This document shows, piece after piece, positions 41,142 through 54,754 of a DNA stretch of 64,000 bases (positions within the stretch are counted from its first letter, which is position 1; each line of letters begins with the position of its first letter). A model generated the notes under the pieces. That model saw only the letters and a program-made list of their open reading frames with translations. It did not search any database and was not told where the DNA came from. The stretch covers positions 13,330,001 to 13,394,000 of the forward strand of contig OX597822.1 of the NCBI GenBank assembly GCA_951406725.2, read 5' to 3'. The DNA comes from Octopus vulgaris (Eukaryota). The position numbers were made by a program, and so were the translations under genes.

Positions 41142-41451
41142 CATACATACATACATACATACATACATACATACATACATACATACATACATACATACAT
41201 ACACACATACATACATACATGAAAGGAATAAAAGTAGTTTAAGCATAAAGATACCGTTGCGGGTTTATTTTCAATACTTGACTTGATCATCATTCTTCAG
41301 TTGCTTTACAATTAAATAGTTTCACTGTCTCCGATTTGCCTTTCACCTGATTTATATTCAACAACACATATTGAATATGTTGGTCTTTATCATCCTTCAC
41401 GAACTGGAAATGGTGAAACTATTGGTATCATTTTAAAGAAATAACTAGTTA

Positions 41452-41960
41452 TCTAGTATATATAAATCGCAGTATGTGTGTGTATAGTGACTAACGCATA
41501 CATTTCCACAATTCTCAACCGATTTTCTCCAGACATTACGCACGTACTACTTATGTCCCAAGGTTGGTCATGCATTATAGCACTTTGCCCAGAGCTACCG
41601 CGTAAATTGCTGTAAGTGAACATAATTATTTTGTATGTAGGATTTTCCAAACTTATTAAATTTTTTTATAAAAGTGAAAGTATTTTGTCTATTTATTTCC
41701 ACTGTCCGCATAAATCACAGTATGTGTGTATATATTGACTAACGCATACATTTCTACAATTCTCAACCTATTTTCACCAAACTTTACACACACATTACTT
41801 ATGTCCCAAAGATGGTCATGCACTATAACATTTTGCTCAGAGCTCCCGCGTAACTGGACGTAAATGGACATAGCTTTTTGTATGTAAAATTTTCCACCCT
41901 TTTTTAAATCTTTTTATAAAAGTGAAAGGATTTTGTCTATTTATTTCCACTGTCCACCTG
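41452..41960 (+). mobile_element. Probable non-autonomous Helitron/DINE-like element with a tandem duplicated 248-bp unit
   Basis: Starts TCTAGTATATATAAA..tgtgtgtgt and contains tcaaccgatttt; unit repeats at 41462 and 41710. Confidence 0.6.
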
Positions 41961-42999
41961 CCACGGTGATTAAATTGACTAGGAACACTGTACACGTTAA
42001 ATATCCAACACCAAACAATCTTAATCTCCATATTTTAAACTGCATTAAACTTTGGCAAGCTTACCTTTACCTGTTCTGAGTTACTTGAACGGTAATGTTC
42101 CTTTCCCTCTCTTCTATTTGTTGATATCTTTGTTTACCTTTGATAACATTGTTTCATTTTAAGGATGCTTATTTACTCATCTACTATGATGTTTCAACTG
42201 TTGTCCATTGTTTCAAATACGTTCTAGTCCTTTTTAAACAATCACATAAGATTCGTCCCAAAGAATCAACCTTTAAATAAGAGTTTTGCTTCCATTAGGG
42301 AAATATGTACGTATCTTTCAGAAAGCTCCATTCCAATTTGATTTTTATGCGGCATTTGCTGTTAGTTTATGCTCAAGCTATGTGGGAAGACAGAATAAAG
42401 GGGCTTTTGTTAGCTTATCTCTCCGAAAAAATACTTCCCTTCGCTGTTGAATAAAATAAACTCACAGAGGGGAAGTTTAAACGTCTTCCTTCAATTTCCT
42501 TACACCATTTATATACCTGTTTCTGACGAGAAATTTGGCTTTCGTGTAAAACAACAATATTTTGTAGTCAATATACATAATCTACTCTCAAAACAATTCA
42601 GCAGCTCTACTTTGCGTTGCTTGCAGACTTATATGTTCTATGATCATTAAAGTGCAACGACCTCCACAATAAGTAGTCTTTAACTTCATATTCCGTTCCT
42701 AGGTTAATCGGAAACATATATTGCCGTGCTACTCATAAAACTTCTAGGTAGTTCAAATATTTTGGTGAAAAAAATACCACCAAAGCAACTTAAACCGATC
42801 AAAGGACGTGTGCGTTTGCTAGTTATATTTCATTACAAATTTATAATATATGCAGTTATCGCCAAGCTAATATGGCAGTCCATAAATAAAAGACTAAATC
42901 TGCTGTTGATTAGCTCCAAGTGGCCATCACCTCTAGCTAGCTATATGACACACGAACCTGCTCGAAGGTTATAATGGACACAGGTTCGTGTGTCATATA

Positions 43000-43245
43000 T
43001 ATATATGTATGTGTGCGTGCATATGTTTGTGTGTCTGTGTTTGTCCCCCCAACATCGCTTGACAACCGATGCTGGTGTGTTTACGTCCCCGTAACTTAGC
43101 GGTTTGGCAAAAGAGACCGATAGAATAAGTACTAGGCTTACAAAGAATAAGTCCTGGGGTCGATTTTCTCGACTAAAGGCGTTGCTCCAGCATGGTCGCA
43201 CTCAAATGAGCGAAACAAGTAAAAGAGTAAAAGAGTATGAGTAAA
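43000..43245 (+). mobile_element. SINE family A 3' half
   Basis: Matches 7385-7612. Confidence 0.85.
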
Positions 43246-43653
43246 GTCTAGGATATGTTTATTATGCCACTTACAGAAGGTATTCTTAATAGGTAAGTTA
43301 CTTGGTTCATCTCTTTTTCTGAAAACCCTAGTTTATCTAGATTGTCATTTATTCACTCACAAAACCAAAGTACACCAAGGCTCATTAGTGTAAATGTGAA
43401 TATGTAATCTGGATATAAAGAAGCTGGACGTTTCGAAGTAGTTATCTTCTTTCTCTTTGATTTTCACATCAGCAGAGCAGGTTACCTATTTTTTCTTCTC
43501 TGTCGCAAACGGAGATTATGCAGTCTGGCATCTTTATATCTGATAGATGTCTTCATGGGAATGTTCCGCCAGTATTCCCTGTGTTGATTATTATTCACAT
43601 TATTTACATTATTTACATTTGACGAATATTTGTCCTCATCTTATTTGTTGTTA

Positions 43654-43697
43654 ACAAAACGTTTCAGATGATATACCCTCCAGCCTTCATCAGGTGT
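43654..43697 (-). ncRNA. Type I hammerhead motif, slightly decayed
   Basis: ACAC-CUGAUGA-AGGCUG(10 nt)CAUCU-GAAAC GUU-UUGU. Confidence 0.7.
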
Positions 43698-43752
43698 CTT
43701 GGGGAAATTTCGAACCTGGGTTCTCATTCCTAAAGTATTTTTCGATATTATA

Positions 43753-43805
<53 letters not shown>

Positions 43806-43817
43806 TTTCAATGCCCA

Positions 43818-43893
43818 TGGGCATATGGTGTAGTGGTTAAGAACGCGGGCTACTAAACCCAAGATACCGAGTTCGATTCCAGGCAGTGACCTG
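43818..43893 (+). mobile_element. tRNA-derived head, SINE-like and not a functional tRNA
   Basis: tggtgtagtggttaag (A box) and gagttcgattcc (B box), followed by (AAT)n; no proper acceptor stem. Confidence 0.7.
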
Positions 43894-43895
43894 AA

Positions 43896-43948
<53 letters not shown>

Positions 43949-43989
43949 GCATCGAAAAATACCTTAGGAATGCAAACCCAGGTATTTTT

Positions 43990-44100
43990 AATAATATGGG
44001 GATTCTCTATATTTATTCCAGGGGAGTCCATTTTCCGAATGACATTGTATATTGCATTTGCGACAATGTTATGTCTACGTAGGTAGTACATTGGTGACTG
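43990..44100 (-). mobile_element. RLE-type (R4-like) LINE fragment
   Basis: YYLRRHNIVANAIYNVIRKMDSP, homologous to the RHD region at about 50385-50445. Confidence 0.6.
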
Positions 44101-44202
44101 TTGTATGTATGCATGCATCTATGTATGTATGTATGTGTGTATGTATGTATGTTTGTATGCATGCATGTATCCCTATAATATTGTTTCTCAATGATTTATA
44201 TT

Positions 44203-44415
44203 CTTTTCCACTCAAGGCACAACACCCGAAATTTTGGGGGAGGGAGCCAGTCGATTAGATCGACCCCAGTGCACAACTGGCACTTAATTTATCGACCCCG
44301 AAAGGATGAAAGGCAAATTCGACCTCGACTGAATTTGAACTCAGAACGTAAAGACAGACGAAATACCGCCAAGTAATTCGCCTGGCGTGCTAACGATTCT
44401 GCCAGCTCACCGCCT
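44203..44415 (-). mobile_element. SINE family B variant
   Basis: Reverse complement head and central domain, with an alternative 3' tail. Confidence 0.8.
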
Positions 44416-44479
44416 TTCTTTTCGATGACTTATATTGCAACTACGAACAATTGCAGATACCATGAACAGAAACTAGTTT

Positions 44480-45480
44480 TCGAGTTCACTCATGTGTGAC
44501 CCCTTTGGTATCTGCCCTCCCAAGTATGATATTCTGGTACTGGTTTTGCAGAAATCAAAAACAGCGTCAGATGTTCCCCTGCTGGACCTGTCTGAAGAGC
44601 GTCAAAGAATTCATTTTCGTTATACAAAATTCGCTGGTTATTGGAAAATTGGATAGCCAATCGTTTCACTGGCGGAAAATGTTTAGAGACTGGTTACTCT
44701 TTGATTCACCATGCAGCATCAGAACTTCCAACAAAATTTTTGGCTTGAAGCTGCCTCATCTTGTTAACATAATGAATAACATCATCAGCTCTATAATGTT
44801 CGATGACTGTATGATCACTCCATTTAGTAATATCTTTTGGAACGTATTCGATGTTAATAACACTGAACAATAATCATAATTGATCTCACAGTGAAACCGG
44901 CGAAGGAGATATATATTGCAAGACACCACGCATTGTTTGACATCCTCCTGCTATACTTACGCCGGTTTTTTATTTTAATTTTAACCTGAGAGGACCTCGT
45001 AATGTAGACCGCGGCGGCGATATATAAGATATCTCTCGTTCCTTTGTTCTATGGACAGCAGAAAAGGCTTCGGAAAGTTCTTGGAATGCATCTTTTTCTC
45101 TCCTGCGGTCTTTATGCAAGGAATACTCTCACTGAAACGTTCACACGATCGATGGACCATGTGAAACATGATTGTCTTGTAGGGCTTAGGATCTATGACA
45201 GGAATCTCATCCCTGATGACCACGTCCATGTCACCAGCCTTCACGTTATCCTCCACAGCTAACCACAGAGGAATCTAGCCATGAAATGGACCATGAGTCT
45301 GTCTACAGGAGGACTTGAATCATCCCACAGGCCCCTTTTTTCAGAAGATACATGTTTTTTTCAGCTCCTGGGCAATCAAGATATGGAATAAGGTCTTTCA
45401 TATGAATCTTGCTTTGGTGAGAAATTATCTGGAATCTCTTTCTAGTTATGAGATAAGATAAAAAAAAAACGCGCATGTCT
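44480..45480 (-). mobile_element. Helitron Rep domain remnant
   Basis: IRDEIP..DPKPY...HMVHRSC....IPC...KNFPKPF...YLIYRRR (ORF 44981-45256); downstream NIYLLRRFHCEINYDYC and VGSSDAAW*I...FPPVKRLAIQFSNNQRI follow the Helitron RepHel motif order. Confidence 0.8.
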
Positions 45481-47014
45481 GATAGGCAAAGGCAAAGCCC
45501 TTACCATTCGGGCCTATGTAGATACCTAAGCATCAAAATAAAGGGCTAAGTTTAACGAGGATCGTTCCTCTTCGTCAGTTTCTCAGCCTCTTTGCTTTCG
45601 GATAGTCTTGTTTCTGTTGTTCTTCAGCTTGACTTGCTTTCCAATTTCAATGAAGTGAACTGAACTACAGGAAATCAAGAGAATGCACACATATAATACA
45701 TACACACTTATCCTCATTTCGTGAATAAACATAGCACATTAACATGCACGTTCCATCTGTCCTTCTTTTATTGCACTGACTCTCTTTCACTCCTATCTTT
45801 AGGAGTCCGTACAAGGTTCAAAGTCCAGAAACCTCTCTTTCTATGAATTATGGATGAAAGCAGAGTATAATATTTAAAAAAATTTTATTTGATTTCAAAT
45901 TCTAAAACAGTCCTTAATTTTTCTCTATGGCGACGTATTGTCGAGTTTTTGTGCAGACACATATTCTTGAATACAGATACACACTCGTGAGTGTTTTATA
46001 TTATTAAAGGAGATAAAGAACCTGAACTTTAAAAATTATTAACATAGATTGATTGCCTATCATTTTATAGGTTTAAAATTGAAATAAACTTTACATAGAC
46101 TTAATTTACTTATAGATTTTTTTATGATACAATAAAATAAATCATTCAATGAGAATGAAAAAATATTCATGCTCGAAAAATAATGAAATAATATTTCATA
46201 TGATATCGATTTAATTTGAATTCTTAACTTTATAAAAACAGTAAAACGTTTGCCAAAAGGTTGTTTAAACAAATTTACTTACTTTATCATAATCAAAATA
46301 TTGCTTTTTTTCTATACAAACTTGAAAATAAAAGCTAAAAGTATCCTGACCCATATGAAAAGTTTTCTAAACCTCATAAAACTTTTTGCTTTCTAAAAAA
46401 TGTTTCTGCTTTGTCTGTATATGAAATCTATTTGCGCCCCATATAAATTTGGAAACCCTTACAAAGTTTTCTGCTCTCACTAAATACTAAATTTTTTTTC
46501 AAGCCCTCCTCTGAAAATTTTTTCTCTCATTAAAGATTTGCCATTCCTTCTAAAAATTTTACACATATCCAAAAATGTCTGTGCCACCTGAAGAATTTTT
46601 TGACCCACTTAGAAATTTTGTATCGCCAGTCGAGAAATCATTACAAGTCAAAGAAAAATTATTGAATTATCAGAAAACTAATACCAAGTAGCGGATCAAA
46701 TTTCCCATTGCTATCTTGAATACTCAGAAGTAAATTTCTGGTTGCCGAATGGATGTCGGGTCTGAATCTGGTCAATTAGATTTTTTTTTCATTTTAGTAC
46801 GCTCTGTTTATACGTTTTTAGTGGACGTCTGCACACACATGGTTAGAGATATACACATCGCGAATACATTATATATATATATACATTGATGAACAGACAC
46901 ATACATACATATATTCCAGAAGTTTATCATTTAAATATATATGAACATATCTAGATACGCAAGTTTATGCATGAGAATACATGCATAAAAAATGCATGCA
47001 AATTTACACACATA

Positions 47015-47800
47015 CATTCATAAACTACCGTCGGGAGACCTATTTGAACCGTCGGATAATATCGGAGACTTAGGTGTAACTGTCGACAGCAAACTTAGTT
47101 GGAGTGTGCACATCTGTAAAAAAGTCAGTGTTGCCCGCAGAATGTGCTCATGGATCCTCAGAACTTTTCAATATAGGGATCATGAAACCATCATCCTTCT
47201 CTTCTCCGCATTCGCGAGGCCCCCACCTCGAATACTGCTGCCAATTGTGGTCCCCCTACAAAAAACAAAACATAATGAGGATCGAAACGCCACAAAAATC
47301 AATGACAAAAAGAAAATAAATGGCACGATAGCACTTGATAATTGGGCTCGACTTAAACAGCTGAAGCTCTATTCTCTACAACGTTGCCGTGAGCGATACA
47401 TTATTTGCACCATGTGGAAAATATTCTACCAATATTATCCAAATGATATCTGTATTATGTTTACAATTCACCCAATACGAGGACCCCGTGCAATGCGTCC
47501 CCTACAAACGTCGAGATCACATCACATAAATATAATTACGAAGCAATTTCTTCACTGCAAATAGTCCTGCTCTTTTCAATGTTATCCCGAAAGAAATTAA
47601 GTAGAAAAAGACCCCAAAACTTTCAAACGGTACCTGGACAAATTCCTCCAGGAAATACCGGATAAACCACCTACACCTGGATACTCTCAACTAACAACAA
47701 CTCTCTGCTTGAGTGGTCAATGGAGTCCCGTAATATATAACTAAAAAACTTTTTTCCAGCTGGTGTTATTGAGGGGTTTAAAATGTAAGTTATCTAAGTT
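47015..47800 (+). mobile_element. CR1-clade LINE 3' fragment
   Basis: DLGVTVDSKLSWSVHI...WILRTF...RPHLEYCCQLWSPY...RLKQLKLYSLQRCRER, with frameshifts. Confidence 0.87.
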
Positions 47801-48284
47801 ACATACATACAAAAATACCCTGTTGTTTATGTTAAAAATCTAGAGAAAGAGCCTTGGAATTAGGTTAGAAACTGGCTCTTTCTCTATTGGCAAGAAATCT
47901 TGAAATAAAACTGAATGATGACATACATACTTGTACTCCATATATGTACGAGTGTGTGTAAGAATGAAACCAAATTCGAGTACCATGTGAATTTTGCAAG
48001 AAAAACAAGTAGGCTTCTAGAACATATGCAATGAAAGATTAATTTATTTCAATTTCTTTTTCTTTCTTTTACATAACTAAATCGTTTATAAAAAATCTGA
48101 AACCGGTACCGCATTTTGATGGACTTGTAAATATTTTTTTGCTCTCCATGATAAAGTCCTCAAAGCATTTTTTTCAATGTTTTTCACACACACACATATG
48201 TCTGCATATATGCCTATATGCATGCATTCATATATATATATATAGCATAAATCCGAAAAAGAAGCACAGTTTAAGTATAGTGCA

Positions 48285-48585
48285 GTATATAATATAAATG
48301 AATTTAGGTAAGGCCTATTTATGGGATTACCTTGGCTTTCACACCCATAAAGCGTTCAACTTGACAACATATCATCAGATCCAAAAACATGTTGTTCTAA
48401 GGCCTCTCTAGAACATATGTAACGAAAGATAAATTTAAAGAGGCCGCTCGCTAAAGAGGCCTTAAGCATTAGGTCAACAAATTTAGAGAACTGATGATAC
48501 GCCGTAAAGCTGAACGCTTTATCGATGTGGAACCCAGGGTAATTTCATAAACCGGCCTTATCTAACTTTATTTATATCATATAAA
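48285..48585. mobile_element. Older head-to-head hammerhead element
   Basis: Inverted arms; hammerhead motifs at 48325-48381 (-) and 48487-48546 (+). Confidence 0.7.
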
Positions 48586-48599
48586 TGTATATATATGTA

Positions 48600-48915
48600 T
48601 CGTCTAGGTTTAAAAGCCCTTATTGTTTGTTTTTATTGTCCTGTTCTTGCCACCATTTTTACCCCTCCGAAAAAAATCCCAAATTATATTTAATTTGCTT
48701 TGCAGGAAGCACTGTTTCAACGAAGTCGTGTCTTACCCTTACCTTCGAAACACGGAGTAATAGAAGCAGGGGCAGCTGAAGAAGGGGAATCGTCCTTGTG
48801 TTGTATGTCTTGTACTCTGTTTTTTCGTTGTTTAAAAACGTCCGATTCCATGTCTTTGTTTGCATGTTTTCTTTTCTCGTTGTGTTCTAGGTTTTTTATG
48901 TCCTGTACCCATACA
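48600..48915. repeat. Interspersed repeat family E, unclassified
   Basis: Inverted homolog at 56035-56340 (ttatatttaatttgctttgc, ctgtttcaacgaag, ctgaagaagggga). Confidence 0.7.
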
Positions 48916-49384
48916 TGCATATATATATATACATATAGATATTGGTATGTACATATATGTATGTATGCATATGTTTTATTTATTTATTTGTTATTATATA
49001 TATATATTCGACCATATCGCGCTTGGAGCTGTTTGGTGAGCAATTTAACCTGCTCTTGTACATACTTGCATATATATGTATGAGCGTTCGTATATGTAAG
49101 TATAACGTATGTTCTGTATGTATATATCTGTATTTATGTGCTTATTTGGTATATTCAATGACGAAGGCAGAGGTTCTCTGATGCAAAGCTAGAAATCCAG
49201 AATCTTGAATTATCCAGACAAATCTTTTTTGCCAGTTTATTTTGTCTCTCTGGTTTCTCTCCTGGCGCAATATGAACAGTTAAGGTGGCTTTAGGGTCAG
49301 GGTTTTTGACTGCTATTTCAGCATGGTGGCATCACTGAGATACACTAATTTATAGTTTTATATACATATATCTATACCTACATA

Positions 49385-49463
<79 letters not shown>

Positions 49464-50139
49464 TTATCTGTTAGGGAATAAAAATTCCGGCGTAACAGGG
49501 GTTTAAATTATTCTCAATGAGGAAATATATATTTTCATTTAGAGATAGTAGGCCCCTTCATCCCACCATGTAAAAGAATTTTAAGTTAGATACTTACTAC
49601 TTATATCTCGGCTACACGGGTTTTTTAGGTTCATTTCCCGGTTCCTTAACCACTCCGTGTTTTGCTGAAACTTTTCTTAAAATATAACCCCATTCATCAG
49701 GCCTCTACATCACTTTATCATAGTTTGATAATAAAAATTATATTTTAATTTTTTAAACAAATAAGTGTGTGTAAATAGGTTCGCCGGACCCTACTGTACA
49801 AGCCATAATTTAATTCAAATAAAAAATTACAAAAAATAAAATAAAAAATAAAGATAAAAATAAAAAATATGAATAAAAATTAAAATTTACAAAAACTATG
49901 TTCTCACGTAACTTATGTCTATAAATATAGGATTAATAATATATAGGGATAAAAAATATATATATACTTCTGATGATATAAAATGATATAAAACGAAAGG
50001 AATGGCAAAAAAATATATTCGAATAAAAATGGAAGCAATGACGAATAAATATTTTCGAATAAAAACTATAGCAACGTATCATCAGATGAAAGGATGGGCG
50101 TATTTCAGCAGAAGACCATGTGTGGATATGTTAGTAGAA

Positions 50140-50940
50140 AGCTCCGTGGGTGAAAGTAACATTGATAATGAAAGTAGTCTATCATGGACCAACAACTAGA
50201 TTAGTACATCCCATTTTAAGGGGTATGCGTTTGCAATCCGTCGACTAGAAATATCGACCGACAGAGACGCAGGAAAACCAGTAAAATGTGATACCGGATG
50301 CAGTCTTTGTGGAGATAACACCGAAGATATCACCCACATCATAAGCTGTTGTCCGAAAACGTCATCATGGTTTATCTAATGATGAGTCATGACGTTGTAG
50401 CTAGGACACTCTATAATGAAATCCGTCGGAAGGATAATCCCGAGGACAAAGAAATAAAAACCCACAATATCCGAGAAGCCATAATAAAAAGGAATAATGG
50501 TGGAGTGTACCAGTGGAAAACCCAATAAAACGTAAACGTACATACATGCAAATATACATACATTCATACATACATTCTCAAAACCAGAAAGGAGAAAGCT
50601 AATTCGAAGACTACATATCCAATCCATCACTGGAACTGTAAAAATCTGTAAAACTTTACAGAAGTTTAGCAGTTAAATATATATGAGCATGTCTAGATAC
50701 GCAACTATATGCTTGAGAATACATATATAACACATACAAATCTGCACATACATACATACATACATACATACATACATACATACATACATACATACATACA
50801 TACATACATACATACATACATACACACCCTGTTGTTGATGTTGAAATCCCAATGAAGGAGCCTTGAATCTAAGTTAAAAACCGATTCTTTCTCTATTCGT
50901 AAGAACTCTTGAAATAAATCTCAATAATAACATACATACA
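50140..50940 (+). mobile_element. RLE-type (R4/Dong-like) non-LTR element 3' remnant
   Basis: CSLCGDNTEDITHIISCCP zinc knuckle, HDVVARTLYNEIRR, C-terminus LHIQSITGTVKICKTLQKFSS*; 3' UTR with (CATA)n. Confidence 0.75.
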
Positions 50941-51839
50941 ATGTTCACACACCGCAGCCAGTTTCTCCACAGACTGGACGGATGGGCATAAGAGGAGAGA
51001 AATCACAGCACATTTTTCTACCACTGAATTTACCTTGTACCCTAAGTTACACCCATACTGTGTCCCTTTTCCCTAGTTGTATGCACAACTTTCAAATCAT
51101 ACGCTTGCATAGCCATTATCCAATGAACATGAAAAGAACATCAATTTTTAACAGTAACTTAATACAAAATAACGAGGTCCATTCGACATATATACTACAT
51201 GAAATCAATACTAATACGTTAACAAAATAGAGAAACCATATAAGTTTTCACTTCTCCAATGGTTAAAGCCATGAAACCAGCTTACTGCTTTATTGTCTTT
51301 TAGTACACCGTAAAGTTATATATCCCTTCACTTTACTTACCTAACTTTTCGTTGAAATAAAAATGAACAGCTCAACAATAAACTGGTTAATGAATTGTCC
51401 AGTCATGCGTTTAAGCAAACAAAAATGTTTCTTTTACTTTCACATTTAATTTAATAATAGTGGTAAAGAGACGAGAATGGGGTTGTTCGATGTTAGCTTT
51501 GCTGAGTCCATTCTTATCAGCCAAGTCTCTTTCGATGACTGATTGAAGCCATCTCTACGGTCACTGATGTTCTTTTGATAGACAACAACACGGGGAGGGT
51601 TATTATTATGTTCCTTTAATGTATAGGGTCTTTCTTTAGTACGGATACTTTGAGGTACATATCTACATACGCATATAAACAAACACACACGCGTAAACAC
51701 ACACACACACATATATATATACATAGAAAATATAGAAATACAAATGCACACATACGCTGTGTATGTACATATATGTACATACATATATGTGTATTACTAT
51801 GTTATTTTGCATGTAGATTTATGAGTGTGTAAATAAGAT

Positions 51840-51870
<31 letters not shown>

Positions 51871-52039
51871 GATAGATATATGTATATGCATGAATATATG
51901 AATATTTGTAGTATATATTCACACAAACACGCTCGCACACACAAACGTATATGAATTTACGTATGTAAATCTATATATGTCTTTGTATGTGTCCGTGCAT
52001 ATGTATATATATATATATATATGTATATATATGTATATA

Positions 52040-52096
<57 letters not shown>

Positions 52097-52586
52097 GCAT
52101 ACATACATACACGTCTATTAAAGCAATTCTGTACAACCATCATTGCCAAATAAGTAAGAAAATTAACATTTAAAAAACAACAAGTAAAGAACATCATTCA
52201 AACAAACACTAACAAAACCGTAAATTCAATTATACAAACGGAAAAAACAAAAGCAAAGAGATAAATTTATATTAGAGAGATATTAGTTGTCTGCAAGATA
52301 CTGTAATTTTATCTGGCCAGGCTAAGATATGTTTTATGGCTCTCATCTACGTATTTATTGATTTTTATTATGGTCATACGGATTTATAGCAATAAATTGA
52401 GACAAAAGATGGTGGGGTGAGATGCGATGGGGAAATCCAAGAGGTTGCCGCCGAAAGCATTCATATAATATGATACGTATTATATATGTTTGTATTCATG
52501 GTTGTGTGTATGTATGGTGTACGAATGCATATATATATGTGCGAATCTATCCATGCATACATGCATCATATATTATACATAAATAT

Positions 52587-52624
<38 letters not shown>

Positions 52625-52638
52625 GTGTGTGTGTATGT

Positions 52639-52675
<37 letters not shown>

Positions 52676-52678
<3 letters not shown>

Positions 52679-53960
52679 GGTCATTCCATAATTAAGGCGG
52701 TTTTTTCAATTGCATGAACTAAAAGTCGGTGGGGGGGATAAACTACCTGCTGCAACTTGTTATAAAACAGGTAGTAATCTACACTCCTCACCTTATTCTT
52801 AGTGCAAATTTTGAAGAGTGCAGTTTGGTTTTAACAGTTATTTCTTTCAACGTTATAATGTAAGTGACAAAGTGTTATATTCGGTATATTTTGCTTTATG
52901 AGTTCAATGAAGGCAACAACGCAACGGAAAGTGCGAGGAATATTAATGTAACATATGGGGATCGGACAATAAGCGCAAGCCAGTTTCAACGGTAGTTCCA
53001 GAAATTCCGAACTGAAATCTACAGTCTAGAAGACTAGCCTCGTCCTGGAAGATCTGTAGAGCTCGATGAGGACGTCATGCAATACCTGGTAGAACAAAAT
53101 CTCATCGTAACTGTTGAGGAACTAGCAGAGAAGCTTTGGTTTGGTCATTCGACCATTCATCGACACATGCATGCCATCGAAAGAGTCAGCAAATTGGGTC
53201 ATTGGTTTCTTCAGAAACTTTCCAATTTTAATCGCGCGCAGTGTGAATATCTGTTCTTCCTTGCTGTCACGTCTCACGAATGAACTTTTTTGCCCCAAAT
53301 AGTGACTGGTGACGAGAAATGAGCTCTCTATAAAAATGTCAAGTGCGGTAGACAGTGGGTCGGGAAAGGAGAAACACCGGCACGCCAGGCTAAAGAAGGT
53401 CTTCACACACATAAGGTGTAGTTATCAGTTAGGTGGGATATGAAAGGTTTAGTCCCCTTTGAACTTTTAAACCCAAACCAAATGATAACAAAGGAGATCT
53501 ATTGTGAGCAGCTTGAGCGGATCACGTCAGCGCTCGAAGAAAGACGACCTTCTTTAGTTTCAAGGCGAAAGGTGTTCATCCATCAGAATAATGCTCGGCC
53601 ACATACAGCGAGGATGACATTCCAAAGGCTGGAGCAATTTGAATGGGAAACGATGTCTCACACACTATATTCACCAGACATTTCCCCATTTGATTATCAT
53701 TCATTCCGCAGTCTTCAAACTCATCTGGACGGAAAAAATATGAATTCTGTAGAAGAGGTCAGAACAGTACTGCAGGATTCTTTTCATCATAGACAAGTAA
53801 ATTTTGGAAAAGGAGCCTCGCATGTCTAATAGATAGATGGGAGAGCATTGTAGAAAATGAAGGAGAGTATTATATTTTAGACTAAAAAATAACTTGGTTT
53901 AACTTAATTTTGAAAAATACAGGAAGTATAAAAAACCTCATCATTTATGGGATGACCTAA
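52676..53960 (+). mobile_element. Decayed mariner (DD34D) element in (TA)n
   Basis: Imperfect TIRs ttcggtcattccataa / ttatgggatgacctaa; IRYILLYEF, IVTGDEK, HQNNARPH, YSPDISPFDYH; several stops. Confidence 0.9.
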
Positions 53961-54754
53961 GATATATATATATATATATACACCTAATGTAGGATAAAAT
54001 TTTTTTTGAAAGAAAAAATTTATGAATGACCAGAATATTAAAAAATAACTTTAAAGGTTAAATTTATAAATAACTTATAAAATAAGGGCAAAAGAAAAAT
54101 TTTAATGTCAAACATGCCCAAAATAGACAAAATTGTCAACAACCATTATAAATTATGCGTCTCGAAACAAGCCGATAAAAATTTCTAAAAACTTCCATTA
54201 TTACCGTATTACCGTCCCAATTTCAGAGTTAATTCATAAAAATTTTCCCCTCCTCAGCGATAAATACATAAGACATAAATGAAATACTTACTCATACCCA
54301 TGGAAAAAGCAAGCACTAAGTCCTGAGCAGACCTAAGTACCCCAAATATATCCAAAATAGAAAATCTTCAGCACATCTCGAGACGTATCGTCCCCAGGAG
54401 TTGACTGGTACGTAATATTATCGACTCGAAGATAAAAATTTGACCCCTATTCTATTGAATGAAGAACGTGAAGTGCCAGAACCATAGACAGAAATACCAA
54501 TTCTATCAATCCTGTACCGAGTCGCATTAAACCGAATGTATAACAATATCCGGACGCTTGATTCTGATAATCGGGTACTTTTCAATACATTTTAACGAAA
54601 GAGTTCAGGAATCTCAGATTCATGGATATGCAATATGTTGCCTTTCATCATTTCGGAGTAAATAAATTAAGTGCCAGTTACGTACTGGGCCGACCTAATC
54701 GACTGGCCCCCTCCCCCGAAATTTCGGGCCTTGTGGCTAGAGTAAAAAAGAATA

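Noticed and set aside
41452-41960. Tandem repeat as CRISPR or satellite
   Set aside because: Only two diverged 248-bp units with no spacers; fits a Helitron-like internal duplication.
43818-43893. tRNA gene
   Set aside because: A and B boxes are present but there is no complete cloverleaf; treated as a SINE-type head.
48740-48790. Possible type II hammerhead in family E (cttcgaaacacggagta...ctgaagaagggg)
   Set aside because: Helix I cannot be formed in either copy.
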